Assembly: GCA_037481815.1 (NCBI GenBank)
Contig: JBBFKX010000001.1
Location: forward strand, 640,001 to 704,000
DNA length: 64,000 bases
Direction of reading: 5' to 3'
Source: a candidate division WOR-3 bacterium
GTDB taxonomy: Bacteria; Hydrothermota; 32-111
Within the stretch, counting starts at the first letter, position 1. Every line of letters starts with the position of its first letter. The notes under the pieces were generated by a model that was not told the origin of the DNA, ran no database searches, and was given only the letters and a program-made list of their open reading frames with translations. Position numbers and translations under genes: made by a program. Shown here one piece after another: positions 60,986-64,000 of this stretch.

Positions 60986-61640
60986 TTTTTTCTCCTATCA
61001 AAATTTGTTTGAGTTCGAAAACATCGTTTGCAAAAAATGTAGGTTTTATAAGTTTTTTTTCGTTTTCATCAATATAACCATAACAAACGATTATGGAATC
61101 TATAGAGTTAAAGATCGCACCATCAAAATCACTTTTCCTATCTCCAACCATAACCGTACTTGTTTTTTCAATATTGAATCTTGTTAGAATCGAATTTATC
61201 AACTCCTCTTTACTCGCATTCGATCCATCCATTTCTGTCCCCTGAACATATTTAAAGAAGTTCATAAGAGAAAAATGCTCTAAAATCTTCTGAGCGAATC
61301 TCGTTGGTTTTATAGTTGCAAGAAAAAGATTTTTTCCATTTCTGCTCAACCCATCTAAAAGTTCATATACACCATTATACAACTTATTTCTGTACATTCC
61401 TTCATCTTCAAATTTTTTTCTGTACAAACTCACAGCAAGATCTATTTTTTCTTTATCTTCGGTTTTAAGAACTTCTCTGTAAATTTTAAAAAGAGGTTCA
61501 CCAATATATTTTTCCAACTTCTTTTTTTCAATTTTTATTCCAAAATGTTGAAGTGAATAATCGAGAGAATCTATGATCCCCTCTTTAGAATCCGTTAAAG
61601 TTCCATCTAGATCGAATATTATATTTTTATAATTTTTCAT
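60978..61640 (-). CDS. HAD-family phosphatase (phosphoglycolate phosphatase/5'-nucleotidase-like)
   Basis: FDLDGTLTDS, ATIK, MVGDRKSD, YGY. Confidence 0.92.
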   Translation of the reverse strand: MKNYKNIIFDLDGTLTDSKEGIIDSLDYSLQHFGIKIEKKKLEKYIGEPLFKIYREVLKTEDKEKIDLAVSLYRKKFEDEGMYRNKLYNGVYELLDGLSRNGKNLFLATIKPTRFAQKILEHFSLMNFFKYVQGTEMDGSNASKEELINSILTRFNIEKTSTVMVGDRKSDFDGAIFNSIDSIIVCYGYIDENEKKLIKPTFFANDVFELKQILIGEKNG

Positions 61641-62185
61641 CGATTCAATCTCTCAATTAAACTTTCATAATGGTTTATTCTTTCCTTTAGAACAGTTTTT
61701 TTTAAATTTTCATTTTTTATCCTGTCATTCATAAAACCTTCGATTTCAAGGTAATTTTCAAGGAAATCAAAATAAACTCTTTGATTCTCTATCGATGAAT
61801 TTAACCTGAAAATTGAGTTTTTTATAAGTTCATAGAGTTTTCCAACACTTTCGGTCGGATATTTCTGTTTTCTTAAAATTTTAATCATTCCAACAATTAT
61901 ATTAAATTTTTCCAGATCTTTCACGACACCTTCCGGGTAAAACAGTATCTGTGCTTTCGTTATAATATTAAGTTCCCTGTTCTCTTTATAAAATATTTCG
62001 AGAGAGTTAACAGAGAGTTGTTCAAGAGGTGATTGCAACCTTCTGTTTTTTCTATAAAGACCTTTCACAAGAAAATTTTTACAACCAAATATCGGTGTAA
62101 AAACTTCTATAAGTCCACTGCTTTCAAGGTACTTGTTTTTTTTGAAAACTATTCCTTCAGTTTCTATATACGAAGTTTTTATCAT
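61637..62185 (-). CDS. recO: DNA repair protein RecO (short form)
   Basis: TEGIVF..KYLES..IEVFT..FG..LVKG N-terminal OB fold; C-terminal part short. Confidence 0.75.
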   Translation of the reverse strand: MIKTSYIETEGIVFKKNKYLESSGLIEVFTPIFGCKNFLVKGLYRKNRRLQSPLEQLSVNSLEIFYKENRELNIITKAQILFYPEGVVKDLEKFNIIVGMIKILRKQKYPTESVGKLYELIKNSIFRLNSSIENQRVYFDFLENYLEIEGFMNDRIKNENLKKTVLKERINHYESLIERLNR

Positions 62186-63021
62186 CTTCTCGGGAAACCT
62201 TTACCCATAACCTCATAAACATTAGATACAACAACAAAAGCATCCTTATCTATATCCTCAATGATTTTACTCAAAATCGAGATCTCTCTTCTTGCAACAA
62301 CACAGTAAAGAATTGTTTTTTCTTCCTTTGAATACATCCCTTTTCCGTTGAAACCCGAAACTCCCCTTCTGAGTTTGTTTATTATTTCATTTGAAATCTC
62401 TTCAGGTTTGTTTGTGAATATGAAAACTCCCTTTGCATAGTCCTGCCCCTCCAGCACAAGATCTATCATTTTACTTGAAAGATAGAGCGAAAGATACGAG
62501 TAGAGTATCAGTTCATAACTTTTAAAAATAAGCCCCGTAAGACCGATAACTATCGAATCAACTATAAAAATAGATGTTCCTATTGAGATCGAAGTAAATC
62601 TGTTTATCATCCTTCCGATAATATCACTTCCACCTGTGGAGCCTTTTCCTTTGAATACAAAACCAAGACCTATACCTAAAATCACTCCTCCATAAAGTGT
62701 TGCGAGCAACTGGTTTCCTTCAAAAATCAGAAATTTAAAATAACTCAATATATCTGAAAAAAAACCTATCAAAAGAATTGAAATCAATGTTCTGATAACA
62801 AAAAGGGTTCCAAAAAGTTTTATACTACCGATAAGCAGAGGGATGTTTAAAACTATCATCATGATACCAAAAGGTGTTTTGAAGACATGATGTAAAACCA
62901 TCGATATACCTGAGATACCACCTGTACTGATCTTTCCAGGAACAAGGAAAAAAGTATACCCAACAGAGCATAATATTATTCCTAAAGCAAGGTAAAAGAT
63001 ATCTTTTGTGTTTATTCTCAT
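62182..63021 (-). CDS. YitT family membrane protein
   Basis: TGGISG, NIPL, STGGSDI, RGVS..GKGMY, DKDAFV, EVMGKGF. Confidence 0.93.
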   Translation of the reverse strand: MRINTKDIFYLALGIILCSVGYTFFLVPGKISTGGISGISMVLHHVFKTPFGIMMIVLNIPLLIGSIKLFGTLFVIRTLISILLIGFFSDILSYFKFLIFEGNQLLATLYGGVILGIGLGFVFKGKGSTGGSDIIGRMINRFTSISIGTSIFIVDSIVIGLTGLIFKSYELILYSYLSLYLSSKMIDLVLEGQDYAKGVFIFTNKPEEISNEIINKLRRGVSGFNGKGMYSKEEKTILYCVVARREISILSKIIEDIDKDAFVVVSNVYEVMGKGFPRR

Positions 63022-64000
63022 TTTTTGAACTCCTCGATCTTCACTTTTTTTACAACCATATTTTTAACCTCAAGAACTATTATTTTAATCTTATTATCCA
63101 CAATTACAACATCATTTTTTTCAGGGAATCTTTTTAAAGTATATACTATAAACCCAGACAGTGTTGCAAAATTTTTATTTTTTATATTTACATTGTACCT
63201 TTCACAAAAATCGTCTATGGAAATATCTCCATTTTCTATACCAAGAAGATTTTCTCGTTCCTCGGTTATGTCATGCTCATCTTCAATATCTCCAAAAATC
63301 ACCTCTATTATATCCTCTTTTGTAACGATACCTTCAAATCCACCATATTCATCGATTACTATTGCAAAATTTTCACCAACCGAATTCATCTCATTCAAAA
63401 CACTTCCAATCGAAACAGATTCGCTTACAAATAAAGGTTTTTTTAAAACTTTTTTTATCTCAAACTCTTTCGTTTTTAAAAGATCAAATATGTTTAGAAC
63501 CCCAATTATGTTGTCAATACTATCTTTGTAAACTGGTATTTTTGAGTATATTTTTTTTGAACTTCCTAAGATTTTTTTGAACTCTTCTTCTTTAACTTCA
63601 TCGGAAACCATTAAAACTTCTTTTCTTTTAACAGATATATCTTTTACCCTCATATCTTTTATTTTAAAAATCCCTTTAACGATATCCTCCTCTATACCAG
63701 TATTCTCATCAAAATCAAGATTTTTTAACAACAACTCCCTTATATTTTCACTTTCAAGAATTACTTTACTCAAACCTTTTTGTTCCTTTACTATTAAGAT
63801 TTGATTTACCTTCGAAATCAACTTGATCAAAGGGTAGAGTAAAAAATAGAGGTTTTTTACTGGATAAAAAAATATGATAGAATAAAACTCACTTTTCTCA
63901 GAAACTAAATATTTGGGCAGTACTTCTCCCAAAACCATTATCAAAAGCGAAATGTAAAGTGTAGAAACAAGAGGTGAAAAAATTAAATTTTTTTCAACAA
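63018..64000 (-). CDS. hemolysin/CNNM family CBS-CorC protein, 3' part (runs off window)
   Basis: GEVLPK, IVIDEYGGFEGIVTKEDIIE..GDIEDEHD, TLSGF; frame stays open to the window edge. Confidence 0.92.
   Translation of the reverse strand, partial: VEKNLIFSPLVSTLYISLLIMVLGEVLPKYLVSEKSEFYSIIFFYPVKNLYFLLYPLIKLISKVNQILIVKEQKGLSKVILESENIRELLLKNLDFDENTGIEEDIVKGIFKIKDMRVKDISVKRKEVLMVSDEVKEEEFKKILGSSKKIYSKIPVYKDSIDNIIGVLNIFDLLKTKEFEIKKVLKKPLFVSESVSIGSVLNEMNSVGENFAIVIDEYGGFEGIVTKEDIIEVIFGDIEDEHDITEERENLLGIENGDISIDDFCERYNVNIKNKNFATLSGFIVYTLKRFPEKNDVVIVDNKIKIIVLEVKNMVVKKVKIEEFKK

Overview
AT-rich bacterial chromosomal window, densely coding and almost entirely core genes; no mobile element, CRISPR array or prophage was seen. 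Order: (-) yceD-rpmF-plsX-fabH-fabD; (+) tRNA-Lys, cNMP-binding gene, tRNA-Glu, tRNA-Val, thrS, L20 leader, infC-rpmI-rplT, orphan lipoprotein, zapB-like, zapA, 6S RNA, rny, ymdB, folD, xseAB, ispA, DUF212, dxs, secA, ligA, tandem thyX, GT4; (-) aminotransferase/serA-like pair and an uncharacterised three-gene envelope module; (+) PHP, pepP, lgt; (-) three secreted proteins with T9SS/FlgD-type C-terminal domains; (+) tRNA-Phe, tRNA-Leu; (-) dnaG-rpoD long operon, Cache sensor-mnmA-NSS transporter; (+) diguanylate cyclase; (-) CBS/hemolysin-yitT-recO-HAD-exonuclease. The SecA insertion and the C-terminal sorting domains suggest an FCB-related candidate phylum such as WOR-3/TA06 (inference only). 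Best leads: an unannotated ~60-nt promoter-to-terminator RNA with an anti-Shine-Dalgarno/anti-AUG seed (2902-2962); six genes with apparently leaderless starts; a sigma54-type promoter with an upstream palindrome ahead of a giant secreted subtilase; the DUF4175-like/GATase-like envelope module; an NSS transporter apparently fused to its small subunit; an output-less Cache sensor. All calls come from motif reading by eye; no searches were run.
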